A stretch of DNA of 64,000 bases, from NCBI RefSeq assembly GCF_009914755.1, contig NC_060937.1; one strand, written 5' to 3'. Source of the DNA: the human T2T-CHM13v2.0 reference genome, Homo sapiens. A program made the position numbers and the translations under genes. The notes beneath the pieces are model-generated. The model was given only the letters and a program-made list of their open reading frames with translations. It had not been told where the DNA came from and did not search any database. Positions 27,026 to 40,180 of this stretch are shown in pieces (the stretch's first letter is position 1; every line of letters starts with the position of its first letter).

Positions 27026-30000
27026 TCAAATCATGTAGCCATATGTAATATTAATTTTAAAAATCAAAAGTACTTGAAACATTACTAAATTGATAGTGAT
27101 AAACTTTCCATTAAGTGAATGGAACTTTAGCATATGATTCACATTTGCACTAAATTTATATTTTATGGCAGAAAAAAATGTCTTGTTTTCTATAATCACC
27201 AAGGAATAGGCCCATGGATATCCCTTGTAAGGACTCCTTGATGCCAGAGCCTATCAGCATAAAAAAGTAATAAAAGGGAGCTCACAAAGATCTAAAAAGT
27301 TTATGGAAAGAACAACTACTTCATAATGAGAGTTTCCAGATCACAAAGTAGAAAGAAGAAATCCAACTATAAATCTATATTCAGAGTATAGCAGGGGAAA
27401 TAGGATATGAGGTAATTTTTTGCCTTATTTTTGAGCAGCACAAATCTTATGAACGGAGGTGGAAGTTATTCAATAACATTTATTGCAAGGTCTAGTTCAG
27501 TGCCTTCCACGGGTGTGCAGTCAAAAAATCTTATTTGGAGATGATATTTATGCAATGATAATCAGTCTATTTCAGCACAGCAATTTTGGGGGAGAATATT
27601 GTCTGTACTGAGGTTAAGCTTTGTCAAGTAAAATAATAAAAGGAAGGGCAAAGACCAGATGTGAAAAGTATTCAAAAGAGAAATTAAGGTTTATGCAAAA
27701 TTTGCACAAGCATTGGCAATTACAATTCAGAAAAGTAAATGCATTTTCAGAAAACTTAGAAACACATTTGGCTACATGTAGAGAATGCATTGAAATCATA
27801 CATGAGTTTCTTCTCCTCTCCAACTTTACCAACTGATGCCTATTTATTTACTCATTCAAAGACTAAAGATGAGGATACAGAAGGATTCTGACCCTTGTTT
27901 CAAGGAAGGGGGGATCAATTATATATAATTGAGTCCTATCACCTTTGCTTCTTGAGGTCTATGAATACTAAATTAAATTGTAAGGACTACTGTAGTTTTG
28001 TAACATAAGAAATTAAACCAGGTAATTTTTTAATACCATGATTTAATGGTTTGGGTCAACTATATTAAATGCTTTAATATATAATATCAACTTAGGTTGA
28101 TTTTAAGTTGAGAATCCTTATTTTCCTAGCCTGAATTAAAATTTATTTTCTCGTTACAACACACACAAACACACACACACACCAGGCCGCTCTCAGTGGA
28201 CACTCAATGCTGATATATAAACAGAACATGTGTCAAAACAAAAACAAAAACAAAATCCAAGCTGACAGTTAATTTAGGAAAACCTATAGTTTTTATGAAC
28301 ATTTTATTTTTGATATAACTTTTATGTGATATTTAGAAATAATAGAACTTTATATTATTCTTTGTCTACCTATTAAAAATAGAAACTTAAGGAATAACTT
28401 ATGGAAAGGAATAAAATGAAGAAAAAGGAAAAGGTACTGCAGCTGTGACATTTATTTAAAGGTAGCATGTAGAATTATTTCACTACATTCACCACAAACA
28501 TATTCGACATGTATGTTTTAGAAGTTGTTAAAAACAATAGGTAAAGTTCAAAAAGCAAATAACCAGAGTTGAGTCTGTTACCTTGACAGTCCCAAATTCT
28601 CATTTAACGATTGTATGCTCAGTAAAAAGAAAGCTACCCAGTCAACAGGACACTTGTTAGAAACCCAAATGGGAAAAAGGTCACTTACTGCAAACTTCAG
28701 GTTACCCAAAACCAAATCAGTTCTATGCTAAGGTTCGATTTTAGTTTTCTTAGAATTCTCTATATCCCCCTTCCTTTTTTGATGCATACACCCAGTTTGA
28801 AACTCAATGGTTGGCAGAACTCCATCTACAATTTCAGCTGTCAATCAAGAACAGTCACTTTCACTTGATCTTTTCTGATAGAGAAAGTTGGAAAGAAAAA
28901 AACCCAGGTTGTTTAGTTAGCAGAGACAATGAAACATAAGGAGAGATATTTCTCTTCCATTAATAGAGGAGATACGCAGCAAGTCAAGCAATGGAAGGGC
29001 AGGAAGCAGCCTTGTCCCCAGGAGCAGCAATCAGCCAAACAGCCTGAAAGGATCAACTAAAAATAAAAATGACTTCCTTTCTCTGGGGATTCTCATTTTA
29101 CACAGTCTGCTCTCTGCGTCCATACTGTAACTTCATCTCTGACTTCATTCGGCAGGGAAGTATGATTTCACAACTTAAACAGACCCAGTTTACAGTAAAT
29201 CTTTGCACGCAGACAACAGCAGGAAGCCTTGGGAGCAAGTCACTTTGAAAATAGGGAGGGCAAAACTGTATGTTGCATTGAGACAAGGCTCAAATAAATT
29301 ATGTATTTGTTTTTGTTCAAACATATTAGATTCTACCCAAATACACACACACACACATATGCATATACACACACCCCACACACACTTTAGCAAATTCACA
29401 ATTTGTCAAACTTTTCTCACTAGGCCTGGTATAAGCGCACACATACATATATGTACACACGTGTGTGCATGCATACACATGGAAGAGAGAAAAAAATATA
29501 TAGTAAAACTCACAGAGATAACCCAAAATAGATAAACAATATTTTTTTTTCATTCCATGCAATGTTCAAATACTTAGTAATTACTAAAAAAGAATATACC
29601 TCATTCAGGAAAAAAAAAAGTTGTATGCTAGAATTGGGGGAAAATACCTTTCAGAATAGGGCTATATGTGAGTCTAGTTAAATTAGAGATGATCAAGTAA
29701 GAAGCATAAATCAAGCAGTGGCCAAATTAAGGAAGGTCAACCAAGACAAGGTGCGAACAGTTACCTATCCAATTTTTCAACGAGAACTTATTCATCTATT
29801 CAACATTCTTCATCCATTCAACACTCATAAATATTTAGTGGGCATTCACAATATTCCAAGTTCAAACTTGACTTTCAGTGAGTTCACAGATAACGGTTTC
29901 CAGGTGGCTAAATTTGACACATCTGGGAGTCAGGCAACAGGAATTCAGGTTAAAGAAAACAAAGAGAAAGATCAGATACTTGGGCAGATAGTGAAGCCAG

Positions 30001-30261
30001 TGAGAGAACCTGGGCCCTCAGGCCCCTGGATCCATCCTCTGCAGAGAGGTGCTCAATCCTTTGCAGCTTTGCAGAGAGGTGCTCAATCTAAATTCAGGAA
30101 AACAAACTCTCCTATCACAGATAGGGAAATTGAGGCTGATCAAACTCTTGTACAATTTTGTTTATTCCATAGCCCCTATGTCACCCTATCACCGTATTAC
30201 CACTTCTATCTTTGTAAGTTTCTACTGAAACCCCTTATCTTAGTACAAAAAGGCTTCCAAG

Positions 30262-30430
30262 AATACAAAAATTAGCCAAGTGTGGTGGCAGGCGCCTGTA
30301 ATCCCAGCTACTCAGGAGGCCGAGGAAGGAGAATCAATTGAACCTGGAAGGCGGAGGTTGCCGTGAGCTAAGATCACGCCACTGCACTCCAGCCTGGGTG
30401 GCAAAAGCAAAAAAAAAAAAAAAAAAAAAA
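30262..30430 (+). mobile_element. 5'-truncated AluS (right arm only)
   Basis: Starts at the middle A-rich linker aatacaaaaattagcc; poly-A tail; TSD aaaagg/acttccaag. Confidence 0.92.
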
Positions 30431-30564
30431 AAGACTTCCAAGGGCATTCCTTCCAACCACTTTCTGCCTTGTCTTTGCTCTCACTCTTCATCCTATATGG
30501 AAAAAAATTCACACCCACACATGCAACATGCTCTTTCATCCTTACTTGTTTCTACCTACACTTC

Positions 30565-30760
30565 TGTTTGATGAGTTATTGTCTATGCTGGGCATTTTTC
30601 CAATTGCTCAATGTGAATGGCTCACAGAATACCCCTGAAAAGACTACAATAATTTTTACTCTTTTTTACAGACAAGGAAACTGAGGCTTAAAGAGTAATT
30701 TATACAATAATTCACAGCCATAAGAGGTTAAATCGAGGAACTTGTCTCTAAAGTTCATTG
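30565..30760 (-). mobile_element. MIR
   Basis: ttttacagacaaggaaactgaggcttaaagag core. Confidence 0.65.
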
Positions 30761-30774
30761 TATCATGTATCATG

Positions 30775-31045
30775 CCCCTCCTTGCCCTTTGTTTGGCTAA
30801 CTCACACTCCAAACAAATGTTTCTTATTCCATAATTTGAATTAGATGGTGTTCCCTATTCTCTCTAAACAACTATTATTTTATCACAGCACTTGTCTTAC
30901 TCATCTGCAGGGATTTATTTGATTGTCTTTCCTCTAGTTTCTAGAATAAGCCCACAAGCCCTTTATGCTCCCAGTGCATAGCCCAATGCCTGGCACCTCA
31001 AAGGTGTTCAATAAAACTTTACTGACTGACTCAGAAATGAATAGA
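30775..31045 (+). mobile_element. L2 3' end
   Basis: cccagtgcatagcccaatgcctggcacctcaaaggtgttcaataaaactttactgactgac. Confidence 0.65.
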
Positions 31046-31399
31046 TGTCATGTCTCTATGAAATCATGGGCAGAAGGATTAAAACACCAATGTATCTGAC
31101 TTTAAAGCCATTCTTCCTCCAATGTACCATACTGACTCCCAGGTAGTCACAGATGAATGCCCTTACTTTACACAGAAAGTGGAAATAAGGTTATCCATTC
31201 TGTCATTCTTGAAGTAGGATAGTGAGAGAGCCAGCGTTTAAACCTATTCTATTTTGTGCCTGTATCTGGCACACAGCAGGAGCTTAATACATGTTTGTTG
31301 AATAAATAAGCCTGTTCCTGGCATATAGGTACCTCCCACCTCATATGTTTGCTATCTGCTTAGGTTGACAGTAAGCATTGCATGCTCTATAATTTTCTA

Positions 31400-31552
31400 T
31401 TGCAATTGTGGTCCATGAACCAATGCCACCAGGAAACGTGATAGAAATGCAAACTCTAAGTCTCCACCCTGGATCTATTAAATCAGAATCTGCATTTTAT
31501 CAAGACCCACAAGAGACTAATGTACATGAAAATGTTTGAGAAGCACTACTCT
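31400..31552. mobile_element. MER5B/MER5A (hAT-Charlie)
   Basis: tagaaatgcaaactct...ccaccctggatctattaaatcagaatctgcattttatcaagaccc...gtttgagaagcact. Confidence 0.75.
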
Positions 31553-31924
31553 AGACTATAAGGTATGTACGAATGTGTGGTTCCACTCAAGGGAATTACA
31601 ATTTACATTGGAGAGAAAAATCATCCCCATCATAAAACACAATAGGTTAACATCATAAAACTAATACCAATGCAAAAGGAGGACAGCATTAGACACAGTA
31701 AATCCAAAGTCATAGAGAATAAAATAATGCAATATTTCAAAGAGCTCTTCTTAGGCAGAGTAGAGAGCACAGAGCACTCTACCTATCTAATAAAGATGCT
31801 GTCTGTGAGGGACTGGTAGGGAGTGCCCTGCCTGGTACACAGTGTTTGAATCATAGTGAAGACAGACAACAACAAAATTCATGTGGTTAGTTCCATATCA
31901 TAACTTGAAGTGAAGTTCATCCAT

Positions 31925-32190
31925 ACAGTGGATAAAGAGTCAGGATCTGAAGGTAAACTGCCTGTGTTCAAATTCTGGCTTAAACACTAACAGTCAAAAT
32001 GATCATGTGACATTGAGTGCATTGTTTAAACCTCAGTTTCTGTTTGGGAAACGGAATAAGAAGGTACTCAACTTACGGAATTGCAATGAGCATGAGATGA
32101 AATAATCTCTGCGAAACACTTAGAAGAACACTGAAGAATAAAAATACTTAAGAAGAATACACAAATAAGCACTCAATAAAAATAATGATT
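31925..32190 (+). mobile_element. MIR
   Basis: agtggataaagagtcaggatctg...actgcctgtgttcaaattctggct...cctcagtttc...aagcactcaataaa. Confidence 0.7.
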
Positions 32191-32469
32191 GCATCATCAC
32201 AATCACTCTGAAATACTTAGGCAGTGGTTAATTTTGGTATGGCTCGTCTGCCCTGATAAGCTTAATTCTATGTCGTCCTATCTGTCTTTCTGCTTTCTCA
32301 TCCCAAAACAGGGCTGCTATCTCATTATGGAAACAGTTGACCATAAACCCCTTAACCTTATATAAAAATATTATGCATATTTCTCAGGAAATGCTTGTAT
32401 TTTCTATGCGACTTCAAAGGCATTGATGGCCTCAAAACTATCTTTAATCACTATTCTGAATACAGTGGA

Positions 32470-32680
32470 ATGAGATGATCAAGAGCACAACTCGTGAAGT
32501 CAGCAACAACAGGCTTGAATTCCAGTCCTGACTTCACTAGCTGTATGACTAAACATGTCTCCCTATCCTTCAAGTGGGGATAATAACACTCACTTAATAA
32601 TACCATTTACTGTGAAACCTTGTGTAACAGTCCAAGGAGATGCTGTATGAAATGGTACTCTGCAATTGTAAAGAACTTCC
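32470..32680 (+). mobile_element. MIR
   Basis: aggcttgaattccagtcctgacttcactagctgtatgact...gtggggataataac. Confidence 0.6.
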
Positions 32681-32737
32681 AGATAATTTAACAGTGACAG
32701 CTCTTATATTGAGTGATTTCTCAAACATTTTCTCTCA

Positions 32738-33541
<804 letters not shown>

Positions 33542-35689
33542 CTAGAGGAGGATCAGTTCAAAAGAATGTTGCTCATGCAGAGGCAGGTGAATGGCAGCAG
33601 CTCATGGCTTGACTGCTATGGGCTACCATACTTTGATCTCCAAACAGAATATCTGAGGCCGACATGTCCAGATGTGTCTTCCAGGCAGCAGTGTTTTCTC
33701 TTCAGCAACACATTTCCAGGCAGCCTTGCTATCCTGCTTCCATTTGTCAAAAACAAAAATCAGTGGAATACAAGATTCAGAAGTCAAAAGATTCAGCTTC
33801 TTTAATTAAAAGGGGTCAAAGCAAAGTAATATGGAGATAGGGAAGAAAAACAATCTCCACAAGTAGATGAAAATGTGAGCCCGACTTTGGACCTAGACAT
33901 TTACACATTGTAATCAAGTGGATTGCCAGGAAGCCAAGATCATATAGCTGAGGAGCAAGTGAGAATGAGACTATGCGAGTGTGATAACAGTTCTATATCC
34001 ATAACACTTTCATCTCAGAGTACACTTGTGCTTCAAATGCATTTGCCAGGAGCTTTCCTGCCTCTCAAGCAGGAGTCTAATGGGAAGACTGCAAAAAGGG
34101 AAATATCAGAAGTTAGATTTTGGTATAAGCCAGTGGGACAAGAGTAGGATAGCCCTGTACCAAGTGCACAGAGAAGGCTTCAGAGTTTTTAAAGATGTGT
34201 TAGAGTCTTCACCATGTGCCTGAACAATTCATTTCAATCAACGAGTCTTTCCAAGCTAGCATTCCTTTTGAATTTACAAAACAAAAATGCAGTCTCTTTC
34301 TTACTGTTTTCAAATCATAAACAAGGATATTAAATCAGTTCCTGAAGAAATGACATAGGAGAGCTATTTAAGGCTTCAAATTCTTGATAATATGAAAAAA
34401 AAATAGAATGAGGTTGGGTGTTTCCTGTCTCTGTTTAAGATGAAATCATTGTACGTGTTAGCCAATGACCGTATTTAACGCATTTCCTACGTCCTTGCAT
34501 TTGTTCACATTTTCTTCTCTTTGAGCTTTACTGCTTGAGTGGTGCCAGTAATGAAGGGGAACACATTTGTCTCTCATAACTGTCAGAGATGACACAAAGA
34601 AGCAAAATGAATGTGGGAGGTGCTGTTTTGTTTCTAATTAACAAGGGTTTTCAAGTATTTGTGTAAAGAAAGGGAGTCAACATTCAAAGGGTTTGAATCT
34701 ATTGCCCTTTTCAATGTTTTCCTTTAAGAAAGAAAAGAGATAAATTTTTTTATAGGGAAATACTGTGTGTGCAATTCAATGGAAATGATAGGGACAGCTA
34801 GAAGTGAAAGATGAAAAAAAATTAAATAATCCAAGTACTGTAAAGCAATGCATAGCTGAAGGCACCTTATTACTTTATATTATACCTTCTCATTCTGAAT
34901 AACTACTGTTATATAATATGAACCATTGATGTTTAATAATAGAAATAACCACAGTCAGATGCCAAATCAAGAAGAAAAGATCTGCACTTTGAAAAAAAAA
35001 GAACTCTCTTTATGCATATGCCACATGTAAACGTTCAGGGCTTGAGCTCTGAAAGGAATCCTGTAGTGGGAAGGTATTGAGAAAAGCAGTTCTGAGCAAA
35101 AGAAGGGGGGCGGGAGCTAGTTACAAGTCTGGTTCTTGCCCAGTTGAAGTAACTGACACTATGAAAGTCTGTCTAGGCCTAACTCTGTATGTGTGAACAC
35201 CACCACACACTGACACCTTATCTTGTTGCCTAGTAGCAGCTACAAGAATGAATTCAATGTGTGGTGTGTCCATCCATCAAAAATACCTACTAAAGTGTCT
35301 AATGAGAAGAGCGTTCTGGATTATACATCTTAAGGGAATACACACACAAAAAAACTCAGACTTTATGACACACTATTTATCTGGAAAGACAAAAAGCAAA
35401 ACACAAAAAGAAGAACGCGTCTGTAGTAAAACATAGTGACAAATAGGATATATTAGTATTGCAAAGTGCAATGTATTAACGGAAGTAAAGGACTGCTCAA
35501 TGATAATGTTCACTGAGCGCCATGAAAAGAAAATGAATATACTCGGGATGAGAATGAGGGTTCAATCATTCATGCCTTCCTCAAAAAGATGAGTTTTTAG
35601 CAGAAAATGAATTGATGGAGAGGATCTATGAAAATTCACCAGTGAACGGAACCATATCAGAATGTAGGGATATACAAGGAACAGAAGAA

Positions 35690-36070
35690 TGTGACTGACA
35701 GCAATTCAAGGCAATGGGCATTTCTTTGTCTCACCTAACAGGAAGTCTGGAGATCAGCCACTGGTGTTAGGTCTGCAGTCTCAGAGACAAGAGCTGGAAG
35801 TTTTATGATTGTCTTGGCTCTCTTTCTTGATCACAAGATGGCTGCTGCAGCTCCAGTCATCATAACTTTGATCACGGTTTTAAAAAAAGAAAAGGAGCAG
35901 AGGGGAGTGAACAAAAGGGAGACTAAAGGAAGAAATGGGCCCCCTTTATTAGGAAAAGTGACAACCTTTCTGGAGCTCTGACTAGCTGGCAGAAAGAGAT
36001 TGGGAAAGACCGAGAGTCTGCCAAGGGACTGTGTCTGCCACACTTGGACAGATGAATGTAAGAAAACACA
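35690..36070 (-). mobile_element. Old MLT1 (J/K/L-like) LTR
   Basis: tctcacctaacaggaagtctggag...tcacaagatggctgctgcagctccagtcatca. Confidence 0.6.
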
Positions 36071-37134
36071 GGTGATGGTGAGATTAGCTCAAGGGAATGA
36101 AACCATCTGGATGGGATTTTGAAAGATTTTTCCAAAGCATACACATGCACACACAAAGCACAAAAGTAAATTGTGGGTAGAAATAATGTCTAGAATATCT
36201 TGTTTATAAAAACATTCACACCCTTCAAATAAACTTTCATTCCTTTACGCACTGGAAAATTTCCACTCGTGACAAAAGAGCAGCCATCTGTGAAACAGGA
36301 CATGGCAGTAATTTGCCACACTGCATACAGGAATTCGCCAGCACAGGTTAAGCATGGAAATAGAAGCCACTTTCACCAGAGCAAAACTACAAAAACGGAT
36401 TATAAGAACAGATTATATCTGCCTAAAGAATCTCCCACCGATGTTCCACATTTCACCCTATCTCTTTTCTGGTTTGTTATCAAACAAGTGACATCTGTTT
36501 TATGTAGTGCCAAGGCACTTTGTCTTGTTTGTGGATGTTTTATTTGTTCACAGGCACACCCTGCTGGACACCCTGGTACCATGTCCCTGGTTCCTTTAAT
36601 GAAAGGGAAAATGAAGGGGGTTTTCATCCCTGCTTACTTCATGTCAGCGAAGTCTTTGTGCATGGAGTCTTTTGAGCCTCCTGGCAACACTGTGATTTGA
36701 AGTGTCACTATCCTGATCTGAAAGGGGAATAGTTTGAGGGTTGGAGAATTCAAGTTAGATGACTGAGAAAGAGTGAGTCCTGGAAGAGCTGTGTGGTATC
36801 AAGCCATGCCAGTCAGACTGCAGAGCCGGGGGACGCCACCCTGACTTAAGAATTCTACGTGATGTGCCGAAGACCCCAGCAACTAGCGTAATTGCTGAAT
36901 TATGTTATAAATTGAATATGTGAATGAAACCAATTCTCTGCTGGCCATGAAAAAAAAAAGAGAGAGAGAGTAATAAGCAATGAAATATTTTCCAGCCTTG
37001 AGAATACCAGGTCAATTTGATTCAAGCCATTCTGGTCATCTAAACACTTTTACATGGTTTCACCAAGCTCTAAAACAAACCTAGCTGTGTTGAGATGTCC
37101 CTAACTATTTGCAGCACTCAAAGACAACATCGTC

Positions 37135-37330
37135 CTATGGAAAGAGTGAGGGTTTTAAATCAAATCATCCTGTGTACAACTCCTAGTTCTACACATTGCT
37201 AGCCAGTGTCCTTGGATGTCTTGCTGGGCCTCCCTTTCCTCTTATTCATAGGAGGGTTAATAACAGCTTCCCTGTAGAGATAAATATGTGAGAAGTACCT
37301 CACACAGGGCCTGACATGTGGCTGGCATTC
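37135..37330 (+). mobile_element. MIR
   Basis: ggaaagagtgagggttttaaatca...ctagccagtgtccttgg...gtacctcacacagggcctgacatgtg. Confidence 0.55.
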
Positions 37331-37608
37331 TATGGAGAAGGGCCAACATCAGTGACGTGAGCCCTCTGTTAGCAGCACAATCTCCATGCGATGACACTCC
37401 CCTGGCTCAGGACCAGATACTCCCAATGTGACCCCAAAGTGAGCTAAAGAAAACAGAGTCAGCAGAACATTTCCCAGGCTTCTCCCTGCTCCAAACAGGG
37501 CAATCCAAGTCTCAGCACTACCTAATAAACAGCACAAACTTATAATAGAGTCAGGAGTGTTTGAGCACATAGGGAATGATGGAAAGACATCATAGATTAG
37601 AACTATTA

Positions 37609-37912
37609 GTGGATCATGCCTATAATCCTTACACTTTAGGAGGCCAAGGTGGGAAGATTGCTTGAGCCCAAGAGTTCCAGACCAGAGTAGGCAAGCTGGC
37701 AAGACCCAGACTCTAAAAAAAAAAATTTTCTTTTAATTAACGAGGCATGGTGGCATGCACCTGTAGTCCTAGCTACCTGGGAGGGTGAAGCAGGGGATTC
37801 CTTGAGCCCAGGAGTTCAAGAAGGTAGTGAGATGTGATTGCACCACTGCACTCCAGCCTGGATGACAAAGCAAGATCCCACATCTAAAAAGTAAAAGTTA
37901 AAAAAAAATTTT
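37609..37912 (+). mobile_element. AluJ (Jo/Jr-like)
   Basis: gggaagattgcttgagcccaagagttccagacc and ccttgagcccaggagttcaag...gtgagatgtgattgcaccactg. Confidence 0.9.
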
Positions 37913-38213
37913 TTTTAAAGAACTGTTTAGAGAATGGAAAGATGAAGGGGAGACACAAAAGAACATAAAAATGGAGTGAAGAGGGAGACATGATGTCAGA
38001 AAAAAAAACAGCACACACATATATATATGCGCCAAAAGGATCAAATGTCCCATAATTAAAGGAGATGACCTTGCAAAAAAAATTTTAAAGGCCTTTGAAT
38101 TTCACAAGACTGTAGTACTCCCAATAGCAGAATGGAGTGGAATTGCCAGATTGACATAAGCCAGATTGAGAATGCCTAGAAGGGTTGAGCAAGGTTTTGG
38201 AGGGGTTATTTTA

Positions 38214-38445
38214 GAACAGTTTCTCCACCTTGGCTCCATTGACATTTTGTGCCAGATAATTGTTGTGGGGGCTGTCCTGTGCGTTGTAGATGTTTAGCCG
38301 CATCCCCAACCTCTAACCACTGGATGCCAGTAGCTCCTCCAGTCCCCAAGGCATGACAGTAAAAAAATGTCTCCAGGCATTGCCCAGCATCCTGGAGGGT
38401 AGGGGGAAAAGCAGCAATACCACCCTCGGTTGAAAACCACCACTT
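38214..38445 (+). mobile_element. MER20 (hAT-Charlie)
   Basis: cattgacattttgtgccagataatt...gggggctgtcctgtgcgttgtagatgtttagc...aaaaatgtctccaggcattgcc...ggttgaaaaccac. Confidence 0.9.
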
Positions 38446-38725
38446 TAGAATGCAGAGACCTGTCTGTGTTTTAAACCACAAGGAAAGAAATACAGAAATA
38501 GTTTCAGTGTCTTGTCACGGCAAACTTTTCTGTTTCATATCAATATAGAGGGAAAAGTGCCAAAATTTCAAATGGTAAACAGAAGAAGAAAAATAGCAAT
38601 GACTGTCAACTAAGGGGATGGAAATCAGCAGTTCTTTATTCTTGTTCTGTTCTGCAATAGTTCAAGTGAAGATAACTTTGGGAGAAAGTCTTGGACTGTA
38701 ATTTTGTTTAATTTCAGGGAATGGA

Positions 38726-39212
38726 TGTAGGGTAGGCAAGCATCAAATTTGGGGCTTAGATCAGGATGGTTGGTTCTTGGCTTCACCCAGGAAAGAATTC
38801 AAGGGTGAGTGGGAGGTGTTTGATGGCAACTTTTACTGAAGCAGCAGTGTCCAGCAGCAGCAGAGGTACTGCTGCCTGCAGAGTGGGGCTACCGTAGAGG
38901 CAGTGTGCCCAGAGTGGCGGCTCAGAGGCAGTTCTGCAATCATATTTATACCTACTTGTAATTACATGTAAATTAAAGGGTGGATTATACAGAAATTTCT
39001 AGCTAGGAAAAGGGGGGTAACTTCCAGGTTGTTAGGTTGTTGCCATGGAAAGGGGCTGTAACTTCTGGGTGTTGCCATGGCAATGGTAAACTGACGTGGC
39101 ACACTGGTGGGTGTGTCTTATGGAAAGCTGCCTCCACCCCATCCCTATTTTAGCTAGTTCTCAATTTTTTCCAGTGTCCAAGCCCCGCCTCTTGAGTCAA
39201 GTCCTGCCTTCT
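38726..39212 (-). mobile_element. ERV1 solo LTR, MER66-like
   Basis: ttcttggcttcacccaggaaagaattcaagggtgag...cagcagcagcagaggtactgct...ggcagtgtgcccagagt...gttgccatggcaatggtaaactgac; subfamily from memory. Confidence 0.75.
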
Positions 39213-39857
39213 AGGACCAAATTAAGAATATACATTCTCTATACAATAAAAAAATTCTAATAATTCGAGAACAAATGTCCAGCCAAGAGTTTTGAAAGAA
39301 ATCAAATGCTTTACAGTACTCTAACTGTATAGATAGAAAGAAGAAATGAATACGACAAGAAATTTTTATAGCTTTGGCTTGTCTTTTGGCTTTTTTAGAC
39401 ATGATGCATTTGGAGTCTTTCAGTTGTTCCGACCTCCCAGCTTTCTTTCAAATTGAAAGCTTTAGTATTCAATCATGAAATACTGTACCCCAGCTGCTCC
39501 TATTTTTAAACAGATTCTGCAGAGTTGATATTAGTATAGTTTAATGTTTTAGGCAGAAGTTCAAGAAAGAAAGAATTCAATCCCATATATTTACTTAGTC
39601 ACATATTAAAAGAAATATAATTTATAATAAACATCTGCTTTCCAGTCATAGCATAACAGAAGGCAAAGAAAATTGGGTGTGAGCAGCGACATACACTCAT
39701 GTGTATATGTAATTAAACCTTTAAAAAAAAAAGCTGATGAATTTTTTTCACACCAGTCCAAGAATAAATAATACCTAAGTTAAAGTCAGGTCTTATAAAA
39801 GTGCTTTCTTAAATATAATGGGCTAATTCAGAAGGACATGCCTGTTAAGGTCTCTCA

Positions 39858-40180
<323 letters not shown>

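Noticed and set aside
29718-30275. Longest ORF in the window (185 aa)
   Set aside because: Starts at GTG, crosses an L2-like end and a micro-duplication, and ends inside an Alu; no recognisable domain or exon structure.
35100-35120. Single GC box (GGGGCGGG) as a promoter
   Set aside because: Isolated, with no CpG island or supporting core-promoter context.
36269-36700. 143-aa ORF in largely unique sequence (also 44970-45365, 131 aa)
   Set aside because: Near-cognate starts, no recognisable homology and no convincing flanking splice sites; lengths are compatible with chance in 64 kb.
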